Assembly (NCBI GenBank): GCA_039932855.1
Contig: JBDTPD010000001.1
Location: 1-52,828, forward strand
Origin: Chitinophagaceae bacterium
Lineage (GTDB): Bacteria > Bacteroidota > Bacteroidia > Chitinophagales > Chitinophagaceae
Length of the DNA stretch: 52,828 bases
Direction of reading: 5' to 3'
Positions 9,843-19,143 of the stretch are shown here, in pieces (position 1 is the stretch's first letter; each line of letters opens with the position of its first letter). The notes under the pieces are model-generated. The model was not told the DNA's origin, searched no databases, and saw nothing but the letters and a program-made list of their open reading frames with translations. The translations under genes were made by a program, and so were the position numbers.

Positions 9843-9950
9843 TTAGCCGGGAAAGTTGGAAGATTATTAACCTCAAAGGTTTCAATTAAATGCTAGTAGC
9901 ATACTAAAGAGAAACCTTTGAGGTTAATAATCTTCCAACTTCCCGGCTAA
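9843..9950. repeat. very long hairpin (about 40-bp arms) between convergent genes; likely bidirectional terminator / REP-like
   Basis: The arm at 9843-9883 pairs with the arm at 9911-9950 with a single 1-nt bulge. The loop is about 27 nt. Confidence 0.85.
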
Positions 9951-9988
9951 ATTTTTTTACTCAAGAATTTCGTACTGGTTTTCAGGTA

Positions 9989-10183
9989 TCAGGTTGCCTT
10001 ATCACGTGTGTTTTGAATCAATCCGATTCCGGCGAAGAAAAAAACAGCGCCTAATACTCCAAAAGTGACGATCTGTTTAACATTATGTGTGTTGCCTCCT
10101 CCTTTCATAAAATTTACTCCTGCCAGTATCAATCCTACTATTCCTAGCAGGATAAGAATTATTCCGAATGTTCTTTTTTCCAT
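9989..10183 (-). CDS. hypothetical small membrane protein
   Basis: 64 aa with two hydrophobic helices. Confidence 0.4.
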   Translation of the reverse strand: MEKRTFGIILILLGIVGLILAGVNFMKGGGNTHNVKQIVTFGVLGAVFFFAGIGLIQNTRDKAT

Positions 10184-10579
10184 AGTTGTTATTTGTTAGA
10201 ATAAATACAAATGATATGCCCGATAATGGCAGGTCTAGAGCGAGTGCCCATTGAGGTAGGTACATAAAAAAAGGGCCCGAATAAAAATCCAGCCCTTTAA
10301 TAAAATCCAATATCCAATGAAAAACTAATTAATACATTTCAAAACGTATGCCAGCGTATGTTAAACGGAAGAGATTTCTCCTGACACCTAATTCCACACT
10401 ACTATGTGTAAAAAGTTTACCAGTCAGGGGAAACGAATTACACACTTTTTTAAGATTAAGTGTAAACTCTTGACTAAGACTAAATAAAGATTAGCCCTTA
10501 AAGCCCTGTTAAAGGTGAACTGTCGAGCGATCAAATTCGCCGGGTATTACGTTTATACTAATTACTCAATTAGTATACC

Positions 10580-11761
10580 ATGCATCCACGAAAATCCATT
10601 CTCGTAATTTTTGCCGGCCTCATTATCCTGGCTGGTTGTAAAAAACAAGATAACGCGCCGTCAAAAAGGAACACGGCCCCTGATGATTGTGTACAGGGTA
10701 GCGCTGTTGATAACGGAACTGTGATCGACGGAAAATATATCGTTGTGTACAAGAACACAGCTGTAAGTGCAAAAGGCATGAGCGCTGAACGATTAACAGA
10801 GATCAACCAGGATGCGTTATCCAGAAATAATATTCCGTCATCTGCATTGGATAAAAGTTTTGGGGGCGAACTGCCAGGATTTGTCGCCAGTTTATCAGAC
10901 GATGAATTGAGCAGGCTCAAACAAGATGTTTCCATTGAAGCTATAGAACCTGACAGGATCATTTCATTAAGCGAATGCTTTACCGTAGCGGAGCCGCGTT
11001 TGATCACCTGGAATATCAGTCGTGTTGGCTATGGTAATGGTATTGGCAAAAGAGCTTGGATCATCGATACAGGAATTGACTTTAATCACCCGGATCTGAC
11101 AGTAGATGCTTCTAAAAGCAAATCATTTATTTCAGGCGTTACTTCTGCCACCGATGAGAATGGACATGGTACTCACGTTGCCGGTATCATCGGGGCAAAG
11201 AATAATTCATTTGGTGTACTGGGTGTAGCATCCGGAGCAACACTTATTTCATTACGCGTATTGGATAAAGATGGTAAAGGAAGCGTTTCAAACATCATTC
11301 AGGCGCTTTCTTATGTAAGCGCTAATGCTTCTCCCGGTGATGTAGTAAATATGAGTGTTGGTGATGATGATGGTGTTTCAGATATTCTGGATCAGCAGGT
11401 AAAAAATGTAGCTGCCAAAGGAATTTACTTTGCCATTGCAGCCGGCAATGATCATAAACTTGCCAATACAACTTCACCGGCAAGAGCAAATGGTTCTACT
11501 ATTTATACAGTATCAGCTATTGACAGTCTTGATAATTTCGCCAGTTTTTCTAACTATGGTAATGATGTGGTTGATTATGCCGTGCCTGGCGTAAGAATAT
11601 TATCTACGTATATGGGCAATAAGTATGCGTACATGAGCGGAACATCGATGGCAGCGCCGCATATGGCTGGATTACTATTATTAAAAGGTGCAAACATCAG
11701 TACTTCTGGTGCAGCTAAGAATGATCCTGATGGAACGCCTGATCCGATAGCGCATTTTTGA
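10580..11761 (+). CDS. S8-family (subtilisin-like) serine peptidase, lipoprotein
   Basis: 393 aa with the lipobox 'LAGC', an inhibitor_I9-like propeptide and the catalytic triad blocks 'IDTGID', 'HGTHVAG' and 'GTSMAAPH'. Confidence 0.9.
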   Translation: MHPRKSILVIFAGLIILAGCKKQDNAPSKRNTAPDDCVQGSAVDNGTVIDGKYIVVYKNTAVSAKGMSAERLTEINQDALSRNNIPSSALDKSFGGELPGFVASLSDDELSRLKQDVSIEAIEPDRIISLSECFTVAEPRLITWNISRVGYGNGIGKRAWIIDTGIDFNHPDLTVDASKSKSFISGVTSATDENGHGTHVAGIIGAKNNSFGVLGVASGATLISLRVLDKDGKGSVSNIIQALSYVSANASPGDVVNMSVGDDDGVSDILDQQVKNVAAKGIYFAIAAGNDHKLANTTSPARANGSTIYTVSAIDSLDNFASFSNYGNDVVDYAVPGVRILSTYMGNKYAYMSGTSMAAPHMAGLLLLKGANISTSGAAKNDPDGTPDPIAHF

Positions 11762-12033
11762 ACACGGATGACACGGATTAAAAGGATGTTCACGGATTTT
11801 TTTATTTGGCAATAATCAAACTGACCTTTAGCCCATGGGTTGATGAAAATATAGAGCAGATAAATAAGATTAGCGGAGCGTCTCTTCCAATATATGATTG
11901 ATGAAATGCAGAACGTTCTAATAAAATTATAGCAGGACCTCTCTTCCAACCCATGGTTGAAACCATGGGCTAATTACAGCTTTATTAAGGGAGATTATCC
12001 GTGCAAATCCTTTAATCCGTGTTATCCGTGTTC
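11761..12033. repeat. nested inverted-repeat element, 'cacggat / cccatggttgaaaccatggg' family (copy 1), MITE/REP-like
   Basis: The outer arm 'aacacggatgacacggattaaaaggat..cacggat' pairs with 'atccgtgcaaatcctttaatccgtgttatccgtgtt'. There are inner 'cccatgg..' palindromes. The element fills the whole convergent intergenic gap. Confidence 0.8.
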
Positions 12034-12041
12034 CAAAAAAA

Positions 12042-13589
12042 TTAAATAGAATACAACGGTATATTAATGTATAAAGAAACGCCATTCTCCTCCTCCGCCT
12101 TATAATTATAATCATTACTAAGTGTCCTTACACGGTTAAGCATGCTTTGCAAACCAATACCGCCTGGCTTCTTCACTTTATCAGGATTAAAACCTTTTCC
12201 ATTATCAGATATTTTTACTTCAGCGTGGCGACTACCATAGCGGATGTATAAAGTGATATCGGTTGCTTCAGAATGCTTTTCACTATTATGAATAAATTCC
12301 TGGATGATGCGATAGAGATTGTTTGATACGTTGGGTAAAAATTCTTTTTCTTTCCCAAGCACTGTCAGGTTGTATTTTATTTTATCTACGCGGTTAAGCC
12401 GGCTGATCATGGCTTTTATTCCTTTCAGAAAACCACTGTTCAGCAGATCGACCGGCATCAGGTCATGCGAAACTTTACGGGCAATAGACAGCGTTTCCGC
12501 CACCAGTTCTTTTGTTTCCGTAATAAAATCACCAATAGCCGGATCATTTTCTTTTAGCATTTTCTGAATAGTATCGATAGAAAGATGAACGGTTGCTAAA
12601 TGCTGACAAACTCCATCATGCAGATCGGCCGCAATGCGATCCCTTTCTTTTACTTCTGCTTCGGCAATGGCATTGGAGACAAGTTGATTCACTTCTTTCA
12701 AACCGGTGATGTCCTGTACAATGAAAATAAGAGACGATGGTTTATTAGGGTATTCTACACGTTTTACGGTGGTATTGTAATAAATGATCTTCTTTTGTCT
12801 GCCTCCGGCTTTCATTTCAAAGTTCACTGCTTTGCCACTTTTTATCGCGAGTTCTATTTTTTGCTGTAACAGGTTATGGTTTTTCGCATAAAAAATGCCG
12901 GATACTTTTTCTCCGATACGTTTACGCTGGCTACCATTGATGTATTGAATAGTGCCATTGGTCGTCGCCTTAATGATCAGCACCGGCGCCGAATCAGTAA
13001 TAGAACGTAACTCTCTTTCTTTATTTAATACCTCATCTTCTTTTCTTTTTATTATGGAAATATCCTGTGTGGTACCGAAAATGATATCCTTATCGACATT
13101 TTTATTCATTCCGGAAAAAGTCGTCTGCAGTGTCTTCACTTTTCCGGAGCTGGTTTTTATCCTGTAAGTAATGGGATTATATTTTCCCTGCATTGCATTT
13201 TTAAATGCTTGTATTACGTCGGGGTAATCTTCTTCGAAAATATAATTGCATTCTTCATTTCCCATCAATGGTTCACAACCTTCCTTTGCTTCGAAAATAT
13301 CAAGGAGATGAGAGCTCCAGTTCATCTTCAGCGTTTTCCGGTTCAATTCAAAATAGCCGAGTTTGGCAACTGCTGATGCGAGTCGAAGCAATTCATTTCT
13401 CTTCAATACTAACTCAAGAGCGGAACGATTATTAAGGATTGATTTGTTTTTGCTACCGAACAAAGTATCGGCGGCAGCGAGGTGAGCAGCAGAAATAGTT
13501 TTTAATGGCCGTGAAACTGGCTTGGGGTGAATAGATTGTTTTTTAGACAATGTCTTCCCAGCCGGACCACTGGTGGTTCGGTTTTTCAT
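12042..13589 (-). CDS. PAS-domain sensor histidine kinase (HisKA_3 / NarL-partner type), cytoplasmic
   Basis: 515 aa with PAS-like repeats, the H-box 'AADLHDGVCQHL' and a C-terminal HATPase ('DNGKGF…GGIGLQSM'). No adjacent response regulator. Confidence 0.85.
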   Translation of the reverse strand: MKNRTTSGPAGKTLSKKQSIHPKPVSRPLKTISAAHLAAADTLFGSKNKSILNNRSALELVLKRNELLRLASAVAKLGYFELNRKTLKMNWSSHLLDIFEAKEGCEPLMGNEECNYIFEEDYPDVIQAFKNAMQGKYNPITYRIKTSSGKVKTLQTTFSGMNKNVDKDIIFGTTQDISIIKRKEDEVLNKERELRSITDSAPVLIIKATTNGTIQYINGSQRKRIGEKVSGIFYAKNHNLLQQKIELAIKSGKAVNFEMKAGGRQKKIIYYNTTVKRVEYPNKPSSLIFIVQDITGLKEVNQLVSNAIAEAEVKERDRIAADLHDGVCQHLATVHLSIDTIQKMLKENDPAIGDFITETKELVAETLSIARKVSHDLMPVDLLNSGFLKGIKAMISRLNRVDKIKYNLTVLGKEKEFLPNVSNNLYRIIQEFIHNSEKHSEATDITLYIRYGSRHAEVKISDNGKGFNPDKVKKPGGIGLQSMLNRVRTLSNDYNYKAEEENGVSLYINIPLYSI

Positions 13590-13666
13590 AGCTAATCAGC
13601 GAGTTTGTTAGGTGCGCACTGGTGTTTAAAAGTGGCTGTGATGCGCTCTATAAATATAATCAAGGA

Positions 13667-13737
13667 AATCAAAATTAAAAAGCCGAAACTCAAAATATCA
13701 GAGTGATATTTTGAGTTTCGGCTTTTTAATTTTGATT
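13667..13737. terminator. perfect 34-bp-stem hairpin 3' of the outer-membrane protein gene
   Basis: 'aatcaaaattaaaaagccgaaactcaaaatatca' (13667-13700) pairs with 13704-13737 across a 'gag' loop. Confidence 0.75.
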
Positions 13738-13769
13738 TTTGATTTGATATGAAATAAAATTATTACGCG

Positions 13770-14624
13770 TTAGTATCGTGTCGCAGGACAACCTGCTTTC
13801 TTATCACGCTTATAAGCAGGGAGACCAGCAATTTGTTTGTATTTATCAAAGAAGTAACGAACGGTATATGTTATAGCAATATAATAATAACCATCTTTTG
13901 CTTTAGGGCTCCCGCGTGTAATACCAGCTGCAGGATATGGACCAGAACCTACCTCGCCTCCACGATATGCCAGATCAACGGCAGTTTGTCCGCGTGCTGC
14001 TAACAACGTAGCCTGATCGACATAGTCGGTACTAACATCATCAATGTAATCAGTAAAGGTGAAGCGATAACCCATCTCAAGTCCTAACCGCATATCTTCA
14101 TTCAATGATCTTTCGATACCAAATCCGATCGGGATACTGAACTGAGTAAGTTTATATTTTTTTACTCCCGGTAAAAATCCTTCGCCTTCTGTGCTCAATG
14201 GTTGAAGAGAAACTTTTTTACCATTTGCATCTGTTGTGGTTGGTTTAAAATGAAAGAGACCGATACCAACATACGCATAAGGTATCCACCAGCTGTCATT
14301 TGGATTTAAGAAACTATACTGTCCGCCACCTTCCCAATCAAACACACCACTTTTGAAATTGAGGTTGCGCGTTTTCATACTGGCCGTACCTTTTTTGTCA
14401 TCGGCTTTCAGCGAAGTAAGCGTCAGGTAACTGCGTAAAGCAATTTTTTCACTAAGATCATAGCGCACCCCTAGTGATAACATAGGTTTAAGTCCGGTAA
14501 AGGAAACAGTATGAGCTTTCAGGTCACCCTGGTAGCCGGCAACTCCCAATCTTGCTGAAAAATTGAAATTCTGGGCATTGCTCAGTAACGGGAGGAAAAA
14601 GAAAGCGGGAAATAGTTTTTTCAT
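13770..14624 (-). CDS. outer-membrane beta-barrel protein (DUF6089-like)
   Basis: 284 aa with a signal peptide and an alternating beta-strand pattern. The aromatic-rich C-terminus is typical of Bacteroidota small OM barrels. Confidence 0.6.
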   Translation of the reverse strand: MKKLFPAFFFLPLLSNAQNFNFSARLGVAGYQGDLKAHTVSFTGLKPMLSLGVRYDLSEKIALRSYLTLTSLKADDKKGTASMKTRNLNFKSGVFDWEGGGQYSFLNPNDSWWIPYAYVGIGLFHFKPTTTDANGKKVSLQPLSTEGEGFLPGVKKYKLTQFSIPIGFGIERSLNEDMRLGLEMGYRFTFTDYIDDVSTDYVDQATLLAARGQTAVDLAYRGGEVGSGPYPAAGITRGSPKAKDGYYYIAITYTVRYFFDKYKQIAGLPAYKRDKKAGCPATRY

Positions 14625-14680
14625 CGGTGTTGATTATGGTGACCAACTGTAAAAACGCTTTTAAGGGGAAATTATTATAA

Positions 14681-14964
14681 AACGCGGATGACACGGATGG
14701 CACGGATTGAAAGGATTTGCACGGATTTTATTCAACAATAACCAGACTGGCCCTTAGCCCATGGTTTCAACCATGGATGGAAGAATTGTCCTGCTATATG
14801 ACGACAGGTATGAAAATTCATAAGAGATGGGCGTTTCTAATCATTTTATTCATCAGTTCTTTCTTTTCATCAACCCATGGTTGAAACCATGGGCTAAGGG
14901 CCAGTCTGATTATTATACCAATAAAAATCCGTGCAAATCCTTTCAATCCGTGTCATCCGTGTTC
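14681..14964. repeat. nested inverted-repeat element, 'cacggat / cccatggtt' family (copy 2)
   Basis: The outer arm 'aacgcggatgacacggatggcacggattgaaaggatttgcacggat' pairs with 'atccgtgcaaatcctttcaatccgtgtcatccgtgtt'. The inner arm 'ggcccttagcccatggtttcaaccatgg' pairs with 'cccatggttgaaaccatgggctaagggcc'. Confidence 0.85.
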
Positions 14965-14972
14965 AAAAAACA

Positions 14973-17021
14973 TTAGTCTTTCACAGGATGGTAGACCCTT
15001 TCCGCCGTCCTCAAAATCTCCTTCTTATCCAGCGTCATTCGCTTGGTCTTTTGCTGGCGGAACATCTCTTCCTGGTCCCTGAAATGTGGTGAATCCGGGT
15101 GACTGGAAGCGCCAAACGTATTGACAGATTCGATTAAAGGCAACCCGGTTTTAGGATAACGGACAAAACAGATATAAGCATCTCCGGAATTCACTTTCCG
15201 TTGTCCATTCTTATAGGGTTCGGAATAAGAGGAAGCCAGTACATCAGGAACACCATTTGCCGGAAGCGCCTGATCACCGCGAACCAGTTTTTCTATATCG
15301 CCCAATACAAGGTCAGTTTTTCCAAAATATTTCATCATGTAATCATATACATACTGGTATGCTTCTACACTTTCCTCCAGGGTCAATTGTCGCGGAGCTG
15401 CCCCTTTCATTCTTTCTGCCACATGATAGTATACCAATAGAAAAATAGCAGCGCCTTTACTGGTAGCAATTGCTTTACGATCCCATTGCTGAAAAGTAGT
15501 AATCACATCACGCAATTGCGGATAGTTATTGGCATCGAGACTAAACATGATGTCAATACCATAGGGATATTTTAATTCTTTCGGCAATTGTTCATCAAAC
15601 TTGATCCGTTTGAATTGTTCGTAATCGAATTTATTAACGCCTTGTACCAGCTCTGTCATTCGCTGACTTCGGTTATTGTGATATGTTTCATACCCATCAT
15701 TCGGGTCAAATTTATCAGGGTCAAGGTTAAATGCGGGATCAGTTGCCAAGAAAGGAGAATGATTAGTATTGAATAAATATCCTGATCCGGGATTTATGTA
15801 CTGAGGTAATTCATTGACAGGTTTAAACGTGGTCCATAACGTCGCTGATGTATTTCCCGGCAATGTACTTTGCCAGTGATAAGCAGGATCGGGATTACGT
15901 CGTGGCATTTTTCCATTACTGATATAGAAAATAGTATCGTAGCGGTCTGCATACATGATATTGAACATTGGCAGACTCGTCATGCTAACTGCTTTATAGA
16001 ATTCGGTAAAATTTCTTGCCTTATTCATCCGGTACCATTCTTCCAATGCTTTTATATCCATATTAGCAGGAAGACGAATAGCGAATACACCGTTCTTAGT
16101 TTTGACGGTAGCGCCGTACTTGCTCCAGTATACTTTTTTACCAATAGTAACAGGTATGCCTTTTACTTTCAGCTTAGCTTTTTTTGTTTCGAGTGTCAAC
16201 CACTGACCATCGAATTTATATTGATTGCTATTAGATGGATTCATTTCCAATTGATACAGATCTATCTTATCCATATAATTCACGGTATGTGCCCATCCAA
16301 GGTTTTCATTTGTACCGTGAAAGATCAAACAGCCACCAGGGAAAACACCGCCAAGCATGTTCCATCCCTGATCGCTTTGTACATGTGCCTCATAAAAAGC
16401 AGTAGGACCTTCCAATGGTTGATGTGCATTGATCGCAAGAAATGCTTCGCCTGTATTGGTGTGTGTTGGATGAACAGCAATTGCATTGGAACCCTGTGAG
16501 GAAAAACCCGGGATGGTTGCCACCTTTCCACCAAGCACTTGTGGCAATAATTGATCTACACCACAGAAAATGCTTAACGAGAATACAACGGACGTGATAT
16601 ATTCTTTTTCATCAAAGGGAAATATATGCTTGTATTTAATTTCTTTCGGGTGCGCTTTTCCATAAGCATTCAACCCTGCTACATATCCTCTTACCACGGC
16701 TAAAAAATCGGGGCTTAATGTGTTCCATTGTTCATCGACCACCTCGCGGCAACGAAGCAGGTTGATCACATAATCGGCTTGCGCGCCGCTTTTTCCCAGT
16801 GCAGTTCCCAACCTCGCTTTTCCGGAAAGCATCAGTAATTGAATGGAAGCAAAATCATCTTCCGAATGTGCCCAGGCAAGTCCGTAGGCTGCTTCCGCAT
16901 CGGTAGGGGCGAAAATATGCGGTACACCAAAGCTATCCCTGGCAATAGTGATATGCTGAGGATCGATCTGTGCGACAGCAACAAGTGGTGCAAGAAAAAT
17001 GAAAAGAAGGATTTTTTTCAT
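14973..17021 (-). CDS. penicillin acylase-family Ntn hydrolase (possible acyl-homoserine-lactone acylase)
   Basis: 682 aa with a signal peptide. The candidate autoprocessing site 'GSNAIAV' carries the nucleophile Ser. The size and blocks are typical of PvdQ/penicillin-amidase-like enzymes. Confidence 0.8.
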   Translation of the reverse strand: MKKILLFIFLAPLVAVAQIDPQHITIARDSFGVPHIFAPTDAEAAYGLAWAHSEDDFASIQLLMLSGKARLGTALGKSGAQADYVINLLRCREVVDEQWNTLSPDFLAVVRGYVAGLNAYGKAHPKEIKYKHIFPFDEKEYITSVVFSLSIFCGVDQLLPQVLGGKVATIPGFSSQGSNAIAVHPTHTNTGEAFLAINAHQPLEGPTAFYEAHVQSDQGWNMLGGVFPGGCLIFHGTNENLGWAHTVNYMDKIDLYQLEMNPSNSNQYKFDGQWLTLETKKAKLKVKGIPVTIGKKVYWSKYGATVKTKNGVFAIRLPANMDIKALEEWYRMNKARNFTEFYKAVSMTSLPMFNIMYADRYDTIFYISNGKMPRRNPDPAYHWQSTLPGNTSATLWTTFKPVNELPQYINPGSGYLFNTNHSPFLATDPAFNLDPDKFDPNDGYETYHNNRSQRMTELVQGVNKFDYEQFKRIKFDEQLPKELKYPYGIDIMFSLDANNYPQLRDVITTFQQWDRKAIATSKGAAIFLLVYYHVAERMKGAAPRQLTLEESVEAYQYVYDYMMKYFGKTDLVLGDIEKLVRGDQALPANGVPDVLASSYSEPYKNGQRKVNSGDAYICFVRYPKTGLPLIESVNTFGASSHPDSPHFRDQEEMFRQQKTKRMTLDKKEILRTAERVYHPVKD

Positions 17022-17307
17022 TCTGTAAATTATGAAAAACTGGTTGGGTTACGGTGGGGTAGTTACCAGCTTTTCAAAAATTACGTCTTACTATTAAAAT
17101 AGATAATTATAAAAAGATGTGGCTGTATTGCTCCTACGGAGCAATACAGAACATCACATGCGTCAATTTTAATTCAACTGTGTTTAAAAAAATATCAATT
17201 CAATATGCTTTTGCTTCGTATTATTCTTTTTTGCTCTACCTTAAATGATGCAATGGGTATTACCTTCTCATTGCGTCACCATCTACCATCACCTAAACCT
17301 TAATCTT

Positions 17308-19014
17308 ATGCGCTTCAAAAATGAAAGCGGACCGTTAAAATTGTATGCGGTTGCCGGCACACAAACTGTTTTACTTTCCTTTGATATTGCTCTCGCAAAA
17401 ATTGATACCAAAAATTTTCTGGGATTTGATATCAGGCGAACTGATAAGGATGGCTCGGTTCATTCGCTCAATGGTACCAAACTCTTCAAATCGCTGATGA
17501 ATGACATCACGGTCACTGATCCGAAATTGAAACACCTGTCATTGGTGCAGTCTTTTTTCTGGAAAGATTATACAGCAGATCCGGAACAAACGTATATCTA
17601 TACAGTAACTGCCATGTCAGGCACCGCATTGCATCATCAGCCATTATTTGCCAGTACGATCAAGGTGCGCACCGAACCGTTGCAGAAAGGAAAACATTCC
17701 GTGTATTTCAATTATGGCGTTACCGGTTCACAGGCATATGTAAAAAGATTTGGCGACACTCCCGTAAACAATCTTGCACCAAAAAAGAAAGAAGAAGCAT
17801 TAGCCATGCTGGGTCGTGAACTTTGGAAAGAAGGATTGATAAAGTTTGTGCAACAGGCAAATGGAAAAAAATTCAGTTTGTTTGGTGCGTTCTATGAATT
17901 TCAATACCCTGATTTTCTTAAAGAAATAAAAGCGGCTAAAGCGACCGGTGCTGATGTACAGATTGTATTCAGCGCTCAGCCTGGACAAAATAAAGAGCCG
18001 AAAGCAAATGGAACATTACGATCGAATAAACAAGCGATTGCCAATGCTGGCATCACCGCTATATGTCATCCGCGTACAAAAGCGAATCAGCCGCATAATA
18101 AGTTTATGGTATTATGCGAAGACGGTAAACCAAAACAAGTATGGACCGGCTCTACTAATATCACTCCTGCTGGCATTTTTGGTCAATGCAATACCGGTCA
18201 CTGGATCGTCGACAGTGCTATCGCTAATAAATACATGAAGTACTGGACATTATTGCAAACCAATCCGGATCTGATCAATTTATCAGCCGTCTCTTCAACA
18301 ATACAACCTGATACTGATCTGAAAAAGTTAGCCGATGGAACATATGTATTCTTTAGTCCCCGTGATCTACCGGCTAAAAAGAATACAACACCGGTACATT
18401 TATCCAATTATGCAAAACTGATCGATAGTGCTAAAGAACTCGTGTGTATGGTCTTTCCATTCAATATCGATGATGTATTTACCAAAGTATATCGCAAACA
18501 AAAAAAGTACCTCCGCCTATTGATCTTTGAAAAAGCAGCGCAGGCAAAAAGTGTAAAAAGTAATGATATTAATTTAAAGGTAACGGGCGGCGCTATTCTT
18601 AAAACACCTGTGGAAGAATGGGCCAAAGAAGTTTCTTCCAAAACAACAGTTGAAGCAGGCATTCTATATGTACACAACAAATTCTTTATCATCGATCCAT
18701 TAGGAAAAGATCCTGTGGTAATAAGTGGTTCTGCCAACTTCAGCGGCTCGTCTATTACCAGTAATGATGAAAACTCGATGCTGATCAAAGGTGATCAGCG
18801 CGTAGCAGATATTTATCTCACAGAATTCAACCGCCTGTTTGAACATTTCTGGCCAAGATACCTTAGTGAAATTTTACCCAAGAACAAAAACCAGGGGTTT
18901 GAAAAGCCATTGGATGAAACATTTGTATGGCACAAAGACTATTTCGATCCTAAGAAATATGATAAGAAGCGGAAAGATCTTTTTATCAATATGCAGGGCG
19001 CCGTCAAAGGTTGA
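17308..19014 (+). CDS. phospholipase D-family protein with two HKD motifs
   Basis: HKD-like blocks are 'HNKFMVL…TGSTNIT' and 'HNKFFIIDP…ISGSANFS'. I start the gene at Met22 of the ORF (ATG 17308, 'MRFKNESGP'). The N-terminal region of about 150 aa is beta-rich and unassigned. Confidence 0.8.
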   Translation: MRFKNESGPLKLYAVAGTQTVLLSFDIALAKIDTKNFLGFDIRRTDKDGSVHSLNGTKLFKSLMNDITVTDPKLKHLSLVQSFFWKDYTADPEQTYIYTVTAMSGTALHHQPLFASTIKVRTEPLQKGKHSVYFNYGVTGSQAYVKRFGDTPVNNLAPKKKEEALAMLGRELWKEGLIKFVQQANGKKFSLFGAFYEFQYPDFLKEIKAAKATGADVQIVFSAQPGQNKEPKANGTLRSNKQAIANAGITAICHPRTKANQPHNKFMVLCEDGKPKQVWTGSTNITPAGIFGQCNTGHWIVDSAIANKYMKYWTLLQTNPDLINLSAVSSTIQPDTDLKKLADGTYVFFSPRDLPAKKNTTPVHLSNYAKLIDSAKELVCMVFPFNIDDVFTKVYRKQKKYLRLLIFEKAAQAKSVKSNDINLKVTGGAILKTPVEEWAKEVSSKTTVEAGILYVHNKFFIIDPLGKDPVVISGSANFSGSSITSNDENSMLIKGDQRVADIYLTEFNRLFEHFWPRYLSEILPKNKNQGFEKPLDETFVWHKDYFDPKKYDKKRKDLFINMQGAVKG

Positions 19015-19131
19015 AAGGTTTAAGACGTTTAAGGGTTTAATGGTTGTTAAAAAGAAGCAGAATGATAATAGACTATTATACTGTGCCATTTAACAACCAT
19101 TAAACCCTTAAACCTTTAAACATCTTAAACG
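19015..19131. repeat. inverted repeat ('tttaagggtttaatggttgttaa') between convergent genes
   Basis: Perfect 23-nt arms at 19028-19050 and 19090-19112, with an imperfect extension outward. Confidence 0.8.
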
Positions 19132-19143
19132 TATTGAACACTC

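Noticed and set aside
11575-12115. ORFs 11575..11949 (-) and 11927..12115 (-)
   Set aside because: They run through the nested inverted-repeat element and overlap the ends of real genes. There is no coding-like composition. They are repeat-derived artefacts, as are 29280..29570, 26765..26986, 26860..27045, 26927..27250 and 24949..25272.
15201-16534. Antisense ORFs within the acylase gene, including the 209-aa ORF 15870..16499 (+)
   Set aside because: They are fully embedded antisense to a motif-supported CDS with low-complexity, Ile/Phe/Cys-rich translation typical of shadow frames. The same reasoning applies to 46788..47411 (+) in the FtsX permease gene, 10570..11007 (-) in the S8 peptidase gene, 31667..32191 (-) and 31957..32253 (-) opposite NifU, 44119..44565 (-), 48753..49130 (+) and 40850..41242 (+).
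17245-17307. Upstream extension of the PLD-family ORF (MMQWVLPSHCVTIYHH…)
   Set aside because: The extension has no signal-peptide or domain character. The internal ATG 17308 gives a typical N-terminus. The choice is uncertain but the extension is unlikely to be translated.
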